Shown here one piece after another: positions 28,186 through 38,561 of a stretch of DNA of 64,000 bases; the first letter of the stretch is position 1; every line of letters starts with the position of its first letter. Source of the DNA: an uncultured Gammaproteobacteria bacterium (lineage in GTDB: Bacteria; Patescibacteriota; Microgenomatia; UBA10105; UBA927). Under the pieces are notes generated by a model. The model saw only the letters and a list, made by a program, of their open reading frames with translations. It was not told the origin of the DNA and made no database searches. Location of the stretch: contig CAZNKB010000001.1 of assembly GCA_964573695.1 (NCBI GenBank), positions 231-64,230 on the forward strand. Direction: 5' to 3'. The position numbers were made by a program, and so were the translations under genes.

Positions 28186-29166
28186 TTACGTCTTCTTCAT
28201 CTTCTGCGTGCCGGGGAATGAATTGACCACTTCCTGAATCGCTAACAACACTGGCACGGCGAGCACTGCGCCGGTTACCCCACCGAAGCGTCCGCCAATC
28301 ATAAGCGCCAATATGGTTAACACCGGCGGCAACCCAACACTCCGCTTCATAACGATCGGAACAAGAAGGTTGTTTTCTATTTGTTGCACGATAATATAGA
28401 GAGCGGCCACCGATAACGCCAAAATCGGCGAGCTGCTTATCGCGACCAAAATAGCAGGCAAGGCCGAAACAGTAGGACCTATGGTTGGAACAATTTCGAG
28501 AAGTCCGGCCAAAATAGCAAGCGGCAGGGCATACTCCACACGCAGGAAAAATAGCCCGCCATATACAAGCAGCCCAACAAACGCCATAAGACACAACTCC
28601 CCCAACACCCATGAACCCAACCGCTTCTCTATTTGAAGCAGTACCCCAAACACCCGCGTCCCGGTTTCTGTACCGAGCAATGCAGACAGGAAATCCTGAA
28701 GATGTCTCCGCTCCAACAGGAAATAAAACGTAAATGTCATCACCGTCAACACGGCAAGCACATTGGAAAACACTCCAACCGTAACCCGAACAAGATTTTC
28801 ACCAACCGGAGCAGCCTGCTGAACCAAACTGCGGACATCCGATGAAATATAGGGAAATACTTTTGCCAGTACATCAGGTAATTGCATAAATAATTTTCCC
28901 GACTGTACCGCAAGCGTTGGTACCATACTGGCAATTCCTGCACCTAATCCGCCAAACACCAACCCATACAACAACAAAATGGAAAGAACTCGGGGTATAC
29001 GAATTCGCTCCAACCCATCGACAATCGGCCGGAGCGCAGACATGAGGATAAACGAGATAAATAACAGGAATAAAATATCGCGTATTTCAAGCACAAACCA
29101 AACTGCCACGAGCAGCACGAGGGTAAAAATAATAGTCCTGTGAGAAATTTCTATCTTAGTCGGCAT
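28186..29166 (-). CDS. AI-2E family transporter
   Basis: Hydrophobic; GLLEIVPTIGP, QQIENNLLVP, GAVLAVP. Confidence 0.9.
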   Translation of the reverse strand: MPTKIEISHRTIIFTLVLLVAVWFVLEIRDILFLLFISFILMSALRPIVDGLERIRIPRVLSILLLYGLVFGGLGAGIASMVPTLAVQSGKLFMQLPDVLAKVFPYISSDVRSLVQQAAPVGENLVRVTVGVFSNVLAVLTVMTFTFYFLLERRHLQDFLSALLGTETGTRVFGVLLQIEKRLGSWVLGELCLMAFVGLLVYGGLFFLRVEYALPLAILAGLLEIVPTIGPTVSALPAILVAISSSPILALSVAALYIIVQQIENNLLVPIVMKRSVGLPPVLTILALMIGGRFGGVTGAVLAVPVLLAIQEVVNSFPGTQKMKKT

Positions 29167-30175
29167 AGTCTTTTACTTTACCAGTATACCACTGACGAAC
29201 GTCCTTCTCTACCTTAGTGTCAAGTGAATCATCCAAAGCGTCGTACCAACGGATTTCCTCCTGTCGGATAAACCACGTCTTTTGTCGTTTAGCGTATTGG
29301 AGTTCCTTGCGAACCCAAAGCGAGCGCGCGTCCTCGTGGGAAATCTCTCCGTTATTTTCACGGATCAGTATGGGCAGCCCGATCGCGGACATAGCCGGCA
29401 AATCATGAGCGAAGTGCTGTAAAGATCGAGCTTCTTGCAACGCCCCGGTGGCATACCGTTTGTCTACCCTGTCACGAATCCTTTGGGAAAGCGCTTCGTC
29501 CCCCAGAGAAAGACCCGCCCAAAACGCATGATATAAACCCTGCTTGGTCACACGGGGTTTATGATTTTTTTTCCACTCGGCTACCTCTATAGCGCGAATA
29601 AGCCTCCTGGGATTATTGCGGTCGGATACGTTCATATGCTGCCAACGGACTACATCCCCAATCGCTAGCACCTGCTGCAGGCTTGTTACCGTCATCTTCG
29701 CTAATTTTTCCCGGAGTTGTTTATTTTGCGGCACCTGAAGGGTTTCGACGTTACCCAAAAGTGAAGAAAGGTAAAAACCCGTCCCCCCCACGAGGATCGG
29801 AAGTTTCCCCCGCCGTGCTATGTCCTCTATCACGGAGGATGCGAGTAATACAAAATGAGAAACGCTCAGGGCGTTACCCGCCTGCGTTATGTCATACAAC
29901 CAGATTGGCACCGCATTGATCTCATATGTGACGAGTGGAAATTTTTTACCCCTAAACATACGTGTTTGCCGATCAACAGGGACGCTACCAGGCTCGGTAT
30001 CTTTTCCTGAAATAACCGTGAGCCCTGCGTACATTTGTCGCGAATCGGCGTTAATGATCTCGCCGTTGAAGCGACGCGCGAGTGACACAGCAAGCTTAGT
30101 TTTTCCTGTTGCAGTAGATCCGCAAATCACAACGATCCGCAGCGGATGATTAGGCGTAGCGGATACTTTTGGCAT
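29156..30175 (-). CDS. miaA: tRNA dimethylallyltransferase
   Basis: GSTATGKT, NADSRQMY, VGGTGFY, YAKRQKTW; start set at MPKVS. Confidence 0.94.
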   Translation of the reverse strand: MPKVSATPNHPLRIVVICGSTATGKTKLAVSLARRFNGEIINADSRQMYAGLTVISGKDTEPGSVPVDRQTRMFRGKKFPLVTYEINAVPIWLYDITQAGNALSVSHFVLLASSVIEDIARRGKLPILVGGTGFYLSSLLGNVETLQVPQNKQLREKLAKMTVTSLQQVLAIGDVVRWQHMNVSDRNNPRRLIRAIEVAEWKKNHKPRVTKQGLYHAFWAGLSLGDEALSQRIRDRVDKRYATGALQEARSLQHFAHDLPAMSAIGLPILIRENNGEISHEDARSLWVRKELQYAKRQKTWFIRQEEIRWYDALDDSLDTKVEKDVRQWYTGKVKDYAD

Positions 30176-31391
30176 AGGTCCCGTTTCGTAAATTTGTTTT
30201 ATTGATAAGCTCTTCCAGAATTTGCCATCGGCGTTTCTTTTCTTCGTGCGGTACGTCATCGGCAAATGCCTTATGAGCCGCTGTCATAGGCCGATCAGAA
30301 TACATCGCCACGTATGCTTTGGAAAATCCGACCTTCTTTGCCAAATCAACGGTCTGTTCGAATTGCTCTATCGTCTCACCGCAAAATCCGACGATGATAT
30401 CAGTAGAAATTCTTGCTGTCGGCATCGCCTTTTTTATTTTGCCGACTAACGCCAAAAACTCTTCACGCGTATACCACCGGTTCATGCGCTTGAGCATCTC
30501 GTTATCCCCCGATTGCAAAGCAAGATGAATATCACGGGATATTTTTTCATTTTCAGCCATAACAGTTATGAGGTCATCGGAAAAATCCCAAGGATTACTT
30601 GAAATAAAATCAACCACGCGTATGCCTTCTATGGCACAAACATCCCGAAGCAGTTGAGGAAACAATGTCGGAATCCTCAGCCTTCCCAAGTGTTTCACAT
30701 ATGTCGGCTTCACTTTCTTCCCGTTGAGGATATAATTTGTCGGTTTTGATTTTGTCGTACCAGGTATCTGGAAATACGTTTTATCAGGCAGATCCCGCAT
30801 CACCTGGATATTGTGTTCACCCACAAGAAGATCTGCTCCGTAGGAATTAACATTTTGCCCAACCAATGTCACATGCGCTATTCCCCTTCCTGCCAGCTCC
30901 TGACATTCGGCTACAACGTCGTTATACGGCCTACTTATCTCACGACCCCGAGTGAACGGTACCACGCAAAACGTACAGAAGTTATTACAACCGTTGGAAA
31001 TAGGCACCCAGGCGTGATGAGGATCGGTACGAATCGCGGCAAAATCAAAACCCACTTCTTCTATCGGGAGAAACTCATCAACGGCTGGCATCTTTTTCGC
31101 CAACTGGGATAACATCTTGCCGCTTTTCTCCCGGGCAGCCATTCCTACCATACAACCGGTGACGACGATTTTTACCTTGCGTCCTTTCTTTTTCTCTTCT
31201 CCCAGGTTATGGACAATACCGTATACCCGATGTTCCGCAGATGCCCGTATCATACAGGTATTCACAACGACATCATCTGCCTGCCTCATGCTTTTCGAAC
31301 GGGTATATCCACGGGACTCATATAGCGCGGCGATACGCTCACTGTCCGCCTCGTTGGCGGCACAGCCGAATGTTTTGATGAAGTATTTCAT
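30150..31391 (-). CDS. miaB: MiaB-family tRNA methylthiotransferase (radical SAM, no TRAM domain)
   Basis: TFGC..N..DSE, NTC, TGC, CNNFCTFC, TDIIVGFCGET; adjacent to miaA. Confidence 0.88.
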   Translation of the reverse strand: MKYFIKTFGCAANEADSERIAALYESRGYTRSKSMRQADDVVVNTCMIRASAEHRVYGIVHNLGEEKKKGRKVKIVVTGCMVGMAAREKSGKMLSQLAKKMPAVDEFLPIEEVGFDFAAIRTDPHHAWVPISNGCNNFCTFCVVPFTRGREISRPYNDVVAECQELAGRGIAHVTLVGQNVNSYGADLLVGEHNIQVMRDLPDKTYFQIPGTTKSKPTNYILNGKKVKPTYVKHLGRLRIPTLFPQLLRDVCAIEGIRVVDFISSNPWDFSDDLITVMAENEKISRDIHLALQSGDNEMLKRMNRWYTREEFLALVGKIKKAMPTARISTDIIVGFCGETIEQFEQTVDLAKKVGFSKAYVAMYSDRPMTAAHKAFADDVPHEEKKRRWQILEELINKTNLRNGTYAKSIRYA

Positions 31392-31470
31392 GCGATGCGT
31401 ATTGTATCATCTCAACCTATCGAAAGAAATTTGGCATGGAGCTGTTACGCATACGGCGCCCAGTCAATAA

Positions 31471-32220
31471 TCACGAAAGAATATATTTTTCGATGACCGT
31501 CGCCACGCCGTCTTGGGTAACAGGTGGCGCGACAAAATCGGCAATTTCCTTAAGCTCCGGAACCGCATTACCCATGGCAACTTTGAGTCCGCACGCCAGA
31601 AGGAGGGGGAAATCATTGTACCCGTCGCCAACGCCGATAATCTCATGGGTTTTGATTCCAGTAATACGCGACACCTCCACAACACCATGAAGTTTTGACG
31701 CCTCCGCATTCACTATATCCAGACACTCGAATCCTTTTTCCCAAGCTTCCATTCTGTGAAGCGCTATTCCCGATACGCCAGCAAGCTCCCTGGTGACGTC
31801 CTGCAACACATCCGGCTCTAATTTCGGGAAATACATCCCGAGCACTTCTTTAGGGAGGTTGTTGCCGTCGTAGATAAATTCCTTTTCCCCGTCGTAGATA
31901 CTCAACTGTGCGCTATGTGTCTTTGCGGCGTCGACAATCTCCCGAAGGGCAGACAGCGGGAACTCCTTTTTTATGATGACTTTTTTTGATTTCGGGTCGT
32001 AAATTTGTGCACCGCTTGAAAGCACGCATATCCCGTTTAGTCCAAGATGCTCTATGACATAAATCACGGATCTCGGAGGTCGGCTTGTCGCGAGACTTAC
32101 GGAAATTCCCGCCTGCATCGCACGCTTCACCATTTGAGTCACTCGCGGACTGGGGATATTGTCGACACCGTGAACGACTGTCGTACCGTCAACGTCAAGA
32201 AAGAGGGCTTTGTACTTCAT
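31471..32220 (-). CDS. Cof-type HAD-IIB hydrolase
   Basis: DVDGT, ATSR, SK, GDGYND, AMGNA. Confidence 0.9.
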   Translation of the reverse strand: MKYKALFLDVDGTTVVHGVDNIPSPRVTQMVKRAMQAGISVSLATSRPPRSVIYVIEHLGLNGICVLSSGAQIYDPKSKKVIIKKEFPLSALREIVDAAKTHSAQLSIYDGEKEFIYDGNNLPKEVLGMYFPKLEPDVLQDVTRELAGVSGIALHRMEAWEKGFECLDIVNAEASKLHGVVEVSRITGIKTHEIIGVGDGYNDFPLLLACGLKVAMGNAVPELKEIADFVAPPVTQDGVATVIEKYILS

Positions 32221-33050
32221 TCCTCTTTACCGACTATGACCTCTGCGTCATAAGAAGCGCTTTCCTCTACCTGAGCTGAGGCGGTCCCGAGGGTGTAATC
32301 CGCCTTCAAATCATCGGTCAACAGTTGTTTGTAATCAGTTTTCCCTGATTTAACTGAAATTTCGGTTTGTGTATACGTATAATCGTCTGCATTGGAAACA
32401 CTGACGACTGAATATCCTTTTTCTTCCAGAAACGTCTTCATTTTGCTTCCTGCTCCGGGTGTTCCGCCGCCATTTATGACGCGTACTTTTATGTCACCTC
32501 GGGCTACTGCCACCGGGCTGGGCGTGGGAGCAACTGTAGGAGTTGGAGTTGGCGTGGGCTTTGCAAACATAAATGGCAATGTTTGAGGTCCCTTCACGAG
32601 TAGTATCAATGAGACGCCAATAGCAAGAGCTACTCCGAGCATTGCCCCTACCCATACGCCGATAGAAGGGCCCCGCTTTCCGACAACGGTAATTTCCGGA
32701 TGCACACTTGATTCAGTTTTCATGAAAAGTGACCCGACACCCTTAGGATCTCCTTGTATTTCTTCCTCGGTAACAGGGGGGGCGCTCTGTGGTTGACTCG
32801 TGCTTGTTTGTGTCTCCTCGGCGACTTCTTCTTCTATTGCTTCGACGGCTTCTTCAATTTCTTCTGCGTCTTTTTTGATCGTTTCGATTGCTTCCGGGAC
32901 AGTGCCTTCTTCCACTACTTCCACGACCTGGCGCACCGTGGATTCCTTCTCGACAGGCATTTCTTTATCTTCAGCGGCAGCTTCTTCGATCTGTCCGCTT
33001 ACTTCATCAAGCTTCAATGATGCCCGTTTCTTTTTGGCTTTGGGTGGCAT
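32217..33050 (-). CDS. LytR C-terminal domain membrane protein
   Basis: Acidic N-terminus, TM, PT repeat linker, VINGGGTPGAG...VSNAD...VIVG. Confidence 0.8.
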   Translation of the reverse strand: MPPKAKKKRASLKLDEVSGQIEEAAAEDKEMPVEKESTVRQVVEVVEEGTVPEAIETIKKDAEEIEEAVEAIEEEVAEETQTSTSQPQSAPPVTEEEIQGDPKGVGSLFMKTESSVHPEITVVGKRGPSIGVWVGAMLGVALAIGVSLILLVKGPQTLPFMFAKPTPTPTPTVAPTPSPVAVARGDIKVRVINGGGTPGAGSKMKTFLEEKGYSVVSVSNADDYTYTQTEISVKSGKTDYKQLLTDDLKADYTLGTASAQVEESASYDAEVIVGKEE

Positions 33051-33098
33051 ATATATTGAGTATAATGATTTAAATCTTCTCCCGCAAGTCTGACAACG

Positions 33099-33887
33099 TT
33101 AACTACTCGCGCTGGTATAGTGCCGGAGCGCAAACAACCAATATTTCCTTGCAGCTACCCACAACAGAAGAGAGAATAAGCAAAGAATTCCCGTATCCCA
33201 AACCGTTGCTTTTTGCATCAAAATGCGCGCGGGAGTGTTTATAACCAACGCCAGAGGCAACATGGCGTAAAAGATAAAACTGACAAGCTGCATGAGCATT
33301 TCTTTCGGAAAACGCGCCATACTCTCAAATGAATACATAAAAAGCACCAGATTGGACATATTGGTAAACCATACAAGGTTCGTTAAGATAAGAAACCACA
33401 ACGAATACAACAATATAAGAGATATGAAAGCGACGCCCAACGAGAGAAGAACGGAAACGGGCGTAATGGCGATATGCATGCTCTGCGTGATCCATATGGT
33501 GTATCCAAGCGCCATAAGAATTCGAAATACCGTCGAAAAATTTACCCACCAAAGACTGATAGCAAACTGCGAGTCTATCGGCTTGATCAATATTCCGTCG
33601 AGTTCCCCCATATGGATAACACGGGACATTCTTCCCATATTGATACTCAAAAACATATGGAAAATTCCGACAATCACCCCGTAAATGCCATTGAGAAGCA
33701 GAAGCTCCTCACGCTTCCACCCGTAGGCGTCACTGATGCGCGACGTCAAAAGAATAACGGTGAAAAGCGACATCGCTCCCCAGCCGATGCTCGCTATGAC
33801 ATTATTTACAAAATTCACCCGATACGTCAGGAGCGACGCTAAATTAAGCCTGAGAAGCTGTCTGTAAATCCGCAAATATCGTTTCAT
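33099..33887 (-). CDS. ABC-2 family permease (DUF990-type)
   Basis: YRVNF, GELDGILIKP, ARFP, HYTSASS. Confidence 0.85.
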   Translation of the reverse strand: MKRYLRIYRQLLRLNLASLLTYRVNFVNNVIASIGWGAMSLFTVILLTSRISDAYGWKREELLLLNGIYGVIVGIFHMFLSINMGRMSRVIHMGELDGILIKPIDSQFAISLWWVNFSTVFRILMALGYTIWITQSMHIAITPVSVLLSLGVAFISLILLYSLWFLILTNLVWFTNMSNLVLFMYSFESMARFPKEMLMQLVSFIFYAMLPLALVINTPARILMQKATVWDTGILCLFSLLLWVAARKYWLFALRHYTSASS

Positions 33888-33899
33888 ACTGTCTTCGTT

Positions 33900-34694
33900 C
33901 TATTGCCCGACGGCCGTAAAGACCCGGAGGCCCCTGTGCCAAACAAACCGGTAAAGGATATAAAGGAGAAAAATCCAGAACCATTGCGTAGCTAACACCT
34001 GCCAAAGCTGGCTGTAGGTAAATACACCCTGCACCGCACGCACCGGATAATATAACGTGTATGCAATCGGCTGCATAAGGGCAAACCCCCGTATTCCCTC
34101 GGGTAACAGGTGCAAAGGGATCATAAGACCGCTTAACAGCATATAAAGGATTATTTGTATATTCTGGAGCCCTGTATAATCAATCGTCCAGAAGGCAATA
34201 ATTCCGATAATCATCTTATATATAAAGCACAGCATGTATGCACTCACGGCAATCGCAAACACGAGGAACACAGAATATATATCACTCACGACTTGGATGC
34301 GACTAATAAATACACCTACAAAAATAAGCGTAACCAATCCGAATCCTCCCTGAATGAGACGCCACGGTAACTCCTGAAAGAATTTGAACCGAACGTACGA
34401 AAACGGACGCAACAGATATTGGGAAAGCCGCCCGTATTGTATATCCTCAAATGCGACTTCCTCTTCTATATGCACCTGCAGTAAGTTGCCGGCAACCAAC
34501 AGCAAGAGATAGTACGATACCGCCTCGGAAAACGACCAGAATGTATTGGATGATCCGGAAACAAGCACCCCGCGCCAATAGAGAATATAGACAAAAACAT
34601 CCATGAGGATTATGCCGAACCAAACCAATGAACGCGCTTTATACTCCAGCGCATGCTGCGCGTAAAGAGAAAATATCGTTGCGTACCGCTTCAT
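33900..34694 (-). CDS. ABC-2 family permease (DUF990-type)
   Basis: DIQYGRLSQYLLRP, LSGLMIPL, GLRVFTAVG. Confidence 0.85.
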   Translation of the reverse strand: MKRYATIFSLYAQHALEYKARSLVWFGIILMDVFVYILYWRGVLVSGSSNTFWSFSEAVSYYLLLLVAGNLLQVHIEEEVAFEDIQYGRLSQYLLRPFSYVRFKFFQELPWRLIQGGFGLVTLIFVGVFISRIQVVSDIYSVFLVFAIAVSAYMLCFIYKMIIGIIAFWTIDYTGLQNIQIILYMLLSGLMIPLHLLPEGIRGFALMQPIAYTLYYPVRAVQGVFTYSQLWQVLATQWFWIFLLYILYRFVWHRGLRVFTAVGQ

Positions 34695-35674
34695 GTTTTT
34701 TGGGCTTTTTTGGTGAATACGTCACGGATCACGTCTTCTATATCCGGCTCTTCGATATTTAAGTCGTCGACCGGAAAATGCTGAAGCAGTTCCGCCGCAG
34801 CGATATTTGAAGCATTCCTTTCTACCCGAATAACCGCTTTCGGAAACTCATATGTCACCAACTCCCCTATCATTTGTAATTTATCCGGAGGGACGTACGT
34901 CTCCAATACAACAGACAGGAGTTTATGCTTCGCAAACCGTTTGACGAGTTGCTCAAGCTTACCGTCATACATAATTTTTCCGTGGTCAATGATAATCACT
35001 CTGCGCGCCAACTGTCGTACGTCCTCCATATAATGTGAGGTGAGAAGAATTGTCGATTTGTGAAGCGTGTTATATTCGGCGACAAAATCCCGCATCTTTT
35101 TCTGCATGACAACATCAAGTCCTATGGTTGGCTCGTCCAAAAAAAGCACCTCTGGTGCATGGATAAGCGCCGCAATAAGCTCCATTTTCATTCGTTCACC
35201 CAATGACAATTTCCGGACCGGTACTTTGATCATTTCTTCTACTTCCAAAAGAGACACGAGCTCGCCAAGGTGCTGCTTATACGCGTGGTCGGATATACCA
35301 TAGATTTCTTTATTGAGAAGAAATGTTTCCTGGGCAGGCAGGTCCCACCATAATTGATTCTTCTGACCCATGACAAGCGCGATGCGCCCTAGGTACGCAT
35401 GATCACGATTAAACGGGGTAAATCCTAAGACAGACACTTTCCCTGTCGTTGGATACAGCAGCCCCGAAAGACACTTGAGCGTCGTCGTCTTCCCCGCTCC
35501 GTTGGGACCGATGAATCCGACAAGTTCACCCTCTTCAATCGTAAATGAAATATCGTCAACTGCTGCAACTATTTCTGTGTTGCGCCGATACAACGACTCG
35601 ACCGAACCCCAAAATCCGGGCCTCTTTTTATAGACCGAGTAGTGTTTTGAAAGATGAGAAACTTCAATTACCAT
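34691..35674 (-). CDS. ABC transporter ATP-binding protein
   Basis: GPNGAGKTT, LSLGERMK, LFLDEPTIGLD. Confidence 0.95.
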   Translation of the reverse strand: MVIEVSHLSKHYSVYKKRPGFWGSVESLYRRNTEIVAAVDDISFTIEEGELVGFIGPNGAGKTTTLKCLSGLLYPTTGKVSVLGFTPFNRDHAYLGRIALVMGQKNQLWWDLPAQETFLLNKEIYGISDHAYKQHLGELVSLLEVEEMIKVPVRKLSLGERMKMELIAALIHAPEVLFLDEPTIGLDVVMQKKMRDFVAEYNTLHKSTILLTSHYMEDVRQLARRVIIIDHGKIMYDGKLEQLVKRFAKHKLLSVVLETYVPPDKLQMIGELVTYEFPKAVIRVERNASNIAAAELLQHFPVDDLNIEEPDIEDVIRDVFTKKAQKT

Positions 35675-35752
35675 TTGTCTTTTGTAGTATATACCAAAAG
35701 AGACCCGCTTTTTATTATGAGCGAGCCTCTTATTTGGAAAAAGCCTTTTCTA

Positions 35753-36025
35753 TTAACGAACGACTTTTTTAAGCGCCTTCCCAGCGGTAAACCCTGGAGT
35801 CTTGCGTGCCGGGATATTGATCGCTGCCCCGGTTTGGGGGTTGCGACCTGTGCGTGCTTTGCGGCTTCGTACCATGAATGTTCCGAAACCGGTCACCACC
35901 ACCTTGTCACCTTTTTTGAGTGCATCGGTGACGGCACCAAATACTGCCGCGACTGCTTCGCGGGCGGCTTTGGCGGTAAGATTAGCCTTTTTTGCAACGA
36001 CATCAACGAGATCTGCTTTTGTCAT
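35753..36025 (-). CDS. hup: DNA-binding protein HU
   Basis: MTKADLV, GFGTF, RTGRNPQTG; GGAGGTG SD upstream. Confidence 0.96.
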   Translation of the reverse strand: MTKADLVDVVAKKANLTAKAAREAVAAVFGAVTDALKKGDKVVVTGFGTFMVRSRKARTGRNPQTGAAINIPARKTPGFTAGKALKKVVR

Positions 36026-36267
36026 GAAGTAATTCACCTCCTTTTGGGCAGAAGGTTCTGACAAGACGAAAAAATATTTGTCCCGCCCTGGCGGGATCTA
36101 TGAGGCACTGTAAAAGATATAGCGCGTCCTGTCAATATAGATTTTAATACATCGCACTATAACAATCTAAATCCAAACAGATATACAATTTGGATTGTCA
36201 TTGCAACAAATTTACGAAGAAGCGCCCAATCAGAACCCTTTGAAATACTCGACGACTCTATGACGTA

Positions 36268-37821
36268 TCATTTAACGATTTCCGTAGCCCGAAGTTCCCG
36301 TATGACGGTAACCTTGACAGAGCCGGGAACAATCACCTTTTTGGCGATTTCGTCACGGATCTCCTTTGCCAAAATGGCGGTTACGGCGTCCGAAACGGTG
36401 CCGGGGTCCACGATGACGCGAATTTCCCTCCCCGCTTGAAAGGCAAAACTCTCTGTTACTCCTTTGTGGGATTTGGCTATTTCTTCCAGATCCTTCAGGC
36501 GCTTGACATACTCATCGTAGTTTTCATACCGCGCACCGGGGCGACTGCCGGATATCGCATCCGCTATATACACAAGCATGGATTCCGCACTGGTGAACTG
36601 GGTGTCTTCGTGATGTTGGGCAACACAGTCCACGACTTTTTGGGGAAGGCCGAATTTTTTGCACAATTCGACACCAAGCTCCACGTGGTTCCCTTCTTTG
36701 TCAGCAACGATTTTCCCAATATCATGAAGCAAGCATCCCAAACGCACGACGTTGACATCTGCCCCGATTTCCTGCGCAATTGCAACACCTATCTTCGTCT
36801 CTTCCATGGTGTGCGCAATCATATTCTGGCCGAATGAATACCGGTATTTAAACCTTCCGAGCATCGCAATAAGTGGCGGCGGCAAATTATATACGCCCAC
36901 CGAGTGGCACAATTTCTGACCTTCTTCAAACATGATCCGTTCTGTTTCTTTTTTCACCTGCTCGATAAGTTCTTCGATACGCCCTGGCTGCACACGTCCG
37001 TCACGAAGAAGACGCTCCAGAGTTACTCGCGCTATTTCCCTTCTCACCGGGTCAAAACTCGAGAGACGAATGACCCCTTCTTCATCCAGATCCACATCGA
37101 CTCCCGTAGCAGTCTCAAAGGCCCGAATATTGCGCCCTTCTTTTCCGATAATCCTTCCTTTTACGTCTTCATCTGTAACTTTGATAACGGAAACCGTGTA
37201 TTCCGTAACATAATCAGTAGCACCGTGCTTCATGGCATCTACAAGAATTTCCCGAGCTTTCACTTCCGCTTCTTCTTTTGCCTTTGCCTCAGCCTCCCTG
37301 ATTTCCCGTGCCATATCCGCATCAAGCTCGTTTCGAAGCTCACTTAACATAAGCTCTTTTGCTTCATCACGGGTAAGGTGGGCAATCTTTTCTAATTTGG
37401 CAATTGTTTGCTTGTGAAGATCGTCTATCGCCTCGTGCTTTTTGACAATTGATTCCTCGCCCTCAAGTATCCGCTTCTCGCGGATCTCTAACCCCGCATC
37501 CTTGCGGTCTGCGGCTATCTCTCTCTGGCGTACGCTTTCCTCAAGTCTCCTCACTTCCATCTCTGCATCTTTGCGGATCCGAAGCGCTTCATCTTTTGCT
37601 TCAAGGATAATTTCCCTGGCTTGCGCCTCTGCTAGTTTTCGTTCGGCAGAAAAATCCACAACCGGCACTTGCACTGCCTGAGTTTTTTTCGCTTTCTTGG
37701 CTGTCTCTGCGGGTACGACAGGCTGCATAATCACAGGCTCGGGCTTTACTTTCGTCTGATGTGCAGTGGATACGCTTTTGGGTTTTACTAACCCCGACAA
37801 GGTTTTGAGTACATCGAACAT
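36268..37821 (-). CDS. rny: Ribonuclease Y
   Basis: Coiled coil, KH KGRIIGKEGRNIR, HD LLHDIGK, ADAISGSRPGAR, QAGREIRV. Confidence 0.96.
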   Translation of the reverse strand: MFDVLKTLSGLVKPKSVSTAHQTKVKPEPVIMQPVVPAETAKKAKKTQAVQVPVVDFSAERKLAEAQAREIILEAKDEALRIRKDAEMEVRRLEESVRQREIAADRKDAGLEIREKRILEGEESIVKKHEAIDDLHKQTIAKLEKIAHLTRDEAKELMLSELRNELDADMAREIREAEAKAKEEAEVKAREILVDAMKHGATDYVTEYTVSVIKVTDEDVKGRIIGKEGRNIRAFETATGVDVDLDEEGVIRLSSFDPVRREIARVTLERLLRDGRVQPGRIEELIEQVKKETERIMFEEGQKLCHSVGVYNLPPPLIAMLGRFKYRYSFGQNMIAHTMEETKIGVAIAQEIGADVNVVRLGCLLHDIGKIVADKEGNHVELGVELCKKFGLPQKVVDCVAQHHEDTQFTSAESMLVYIADAISGSRPGARYENYDEYVKRLKDLEEIAKSHKGVTESFAFQAGREIRVIVDPGTVSDAVTAILAKEIRDEIAKKVIVPGSVKVTVIRELRATEIVK

Positions 37822-38004
37822 AAAAATTCCTTTCTTAAAGAAGCGAAGTGAAAAAACCCAGCAAAAAACCCGCTAGTTATGCGGTGACGCGTGTAGGAGA
37901 AAATACGGTATATGTGTGACTCATAATCCTACAAAATTCCAGTTTTTTGCTGATCTTTATAAATCGCTTACACTACAGGCTATACACCTGATTACTTAGC
38001 TATT

Positions 38005-38508
38005 TTACACGTTTCCCACTATCTCGTCAACGACTCTCCAGACAATTTCTGAGGCAAATCCCCTGCGAAGCAGGTACTGAGCAAGTTTCTGCTTCCGCTG
38101 TGCCTTCGAAGAAGTACCCCACACAAAACGCTTTTTTTCCAAGGCCGCCCTTGCGAGCATCAGCTCAGACCGATCATCTTTCATGATAGTAAAAATAGCA
38201 TCTTCAATGATCTCAGGAGCTATTCCTTTTTGTTCCAGTTCCCGACGTATCGCTCTGGCCCCTTTTGACTTCCTGCCGGTCCGCTGACTCACCCACCACG
38301 TAGCAAATGCGCGGTCGTCAACATATCCTAACTCTATCAAACGACTCACCACTTTATTGGTTACCAGCGGGGCCGTCGTGTGACTGTCGGCAAGCTTTTT
38401 TCTGATAAAATCATCTATTTCTTTACCACTTCTCGGGCGGTACGATACAAACCGGATACATGCCCCGATAAGCCGTTCATACACATCTGAATTTGTCACG
38501 TCTGTCAT
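38005..38508 (-). CDS. recX: Regulatory protein RecX
   Basis: RPRS..E, GYVDDRAFA, KG...I..EL..KG, YLLRRGF. Confidence 0.88.
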   Translation of the reverse strand: MTDVTNSDVYERLIGACIRFVSYRPRSGKEIDDFIRKKLADSHTTAPLVTNKVVSRLIELGYVDDRAFATWWVSQRTGRKSKGARAIRRELEQKGIAPEIIEDAIFTIMKDDRSELMLARAALEKKRFVWGTSSKAQRKQKLAQYLLRRGFASEIVWRVVDEIVGNV

Positions 38509-38561
38509 ATCCCTTGTCGGAAGTATTCCCTGCAGTATATACTACAAGCACGGAGGAAATT

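Noticed and set aside
27536-28237. Several short ORFs between comM and the AI-2E gene
   Set aside because: They overlap the RNase P RNA and have no protein-like features.
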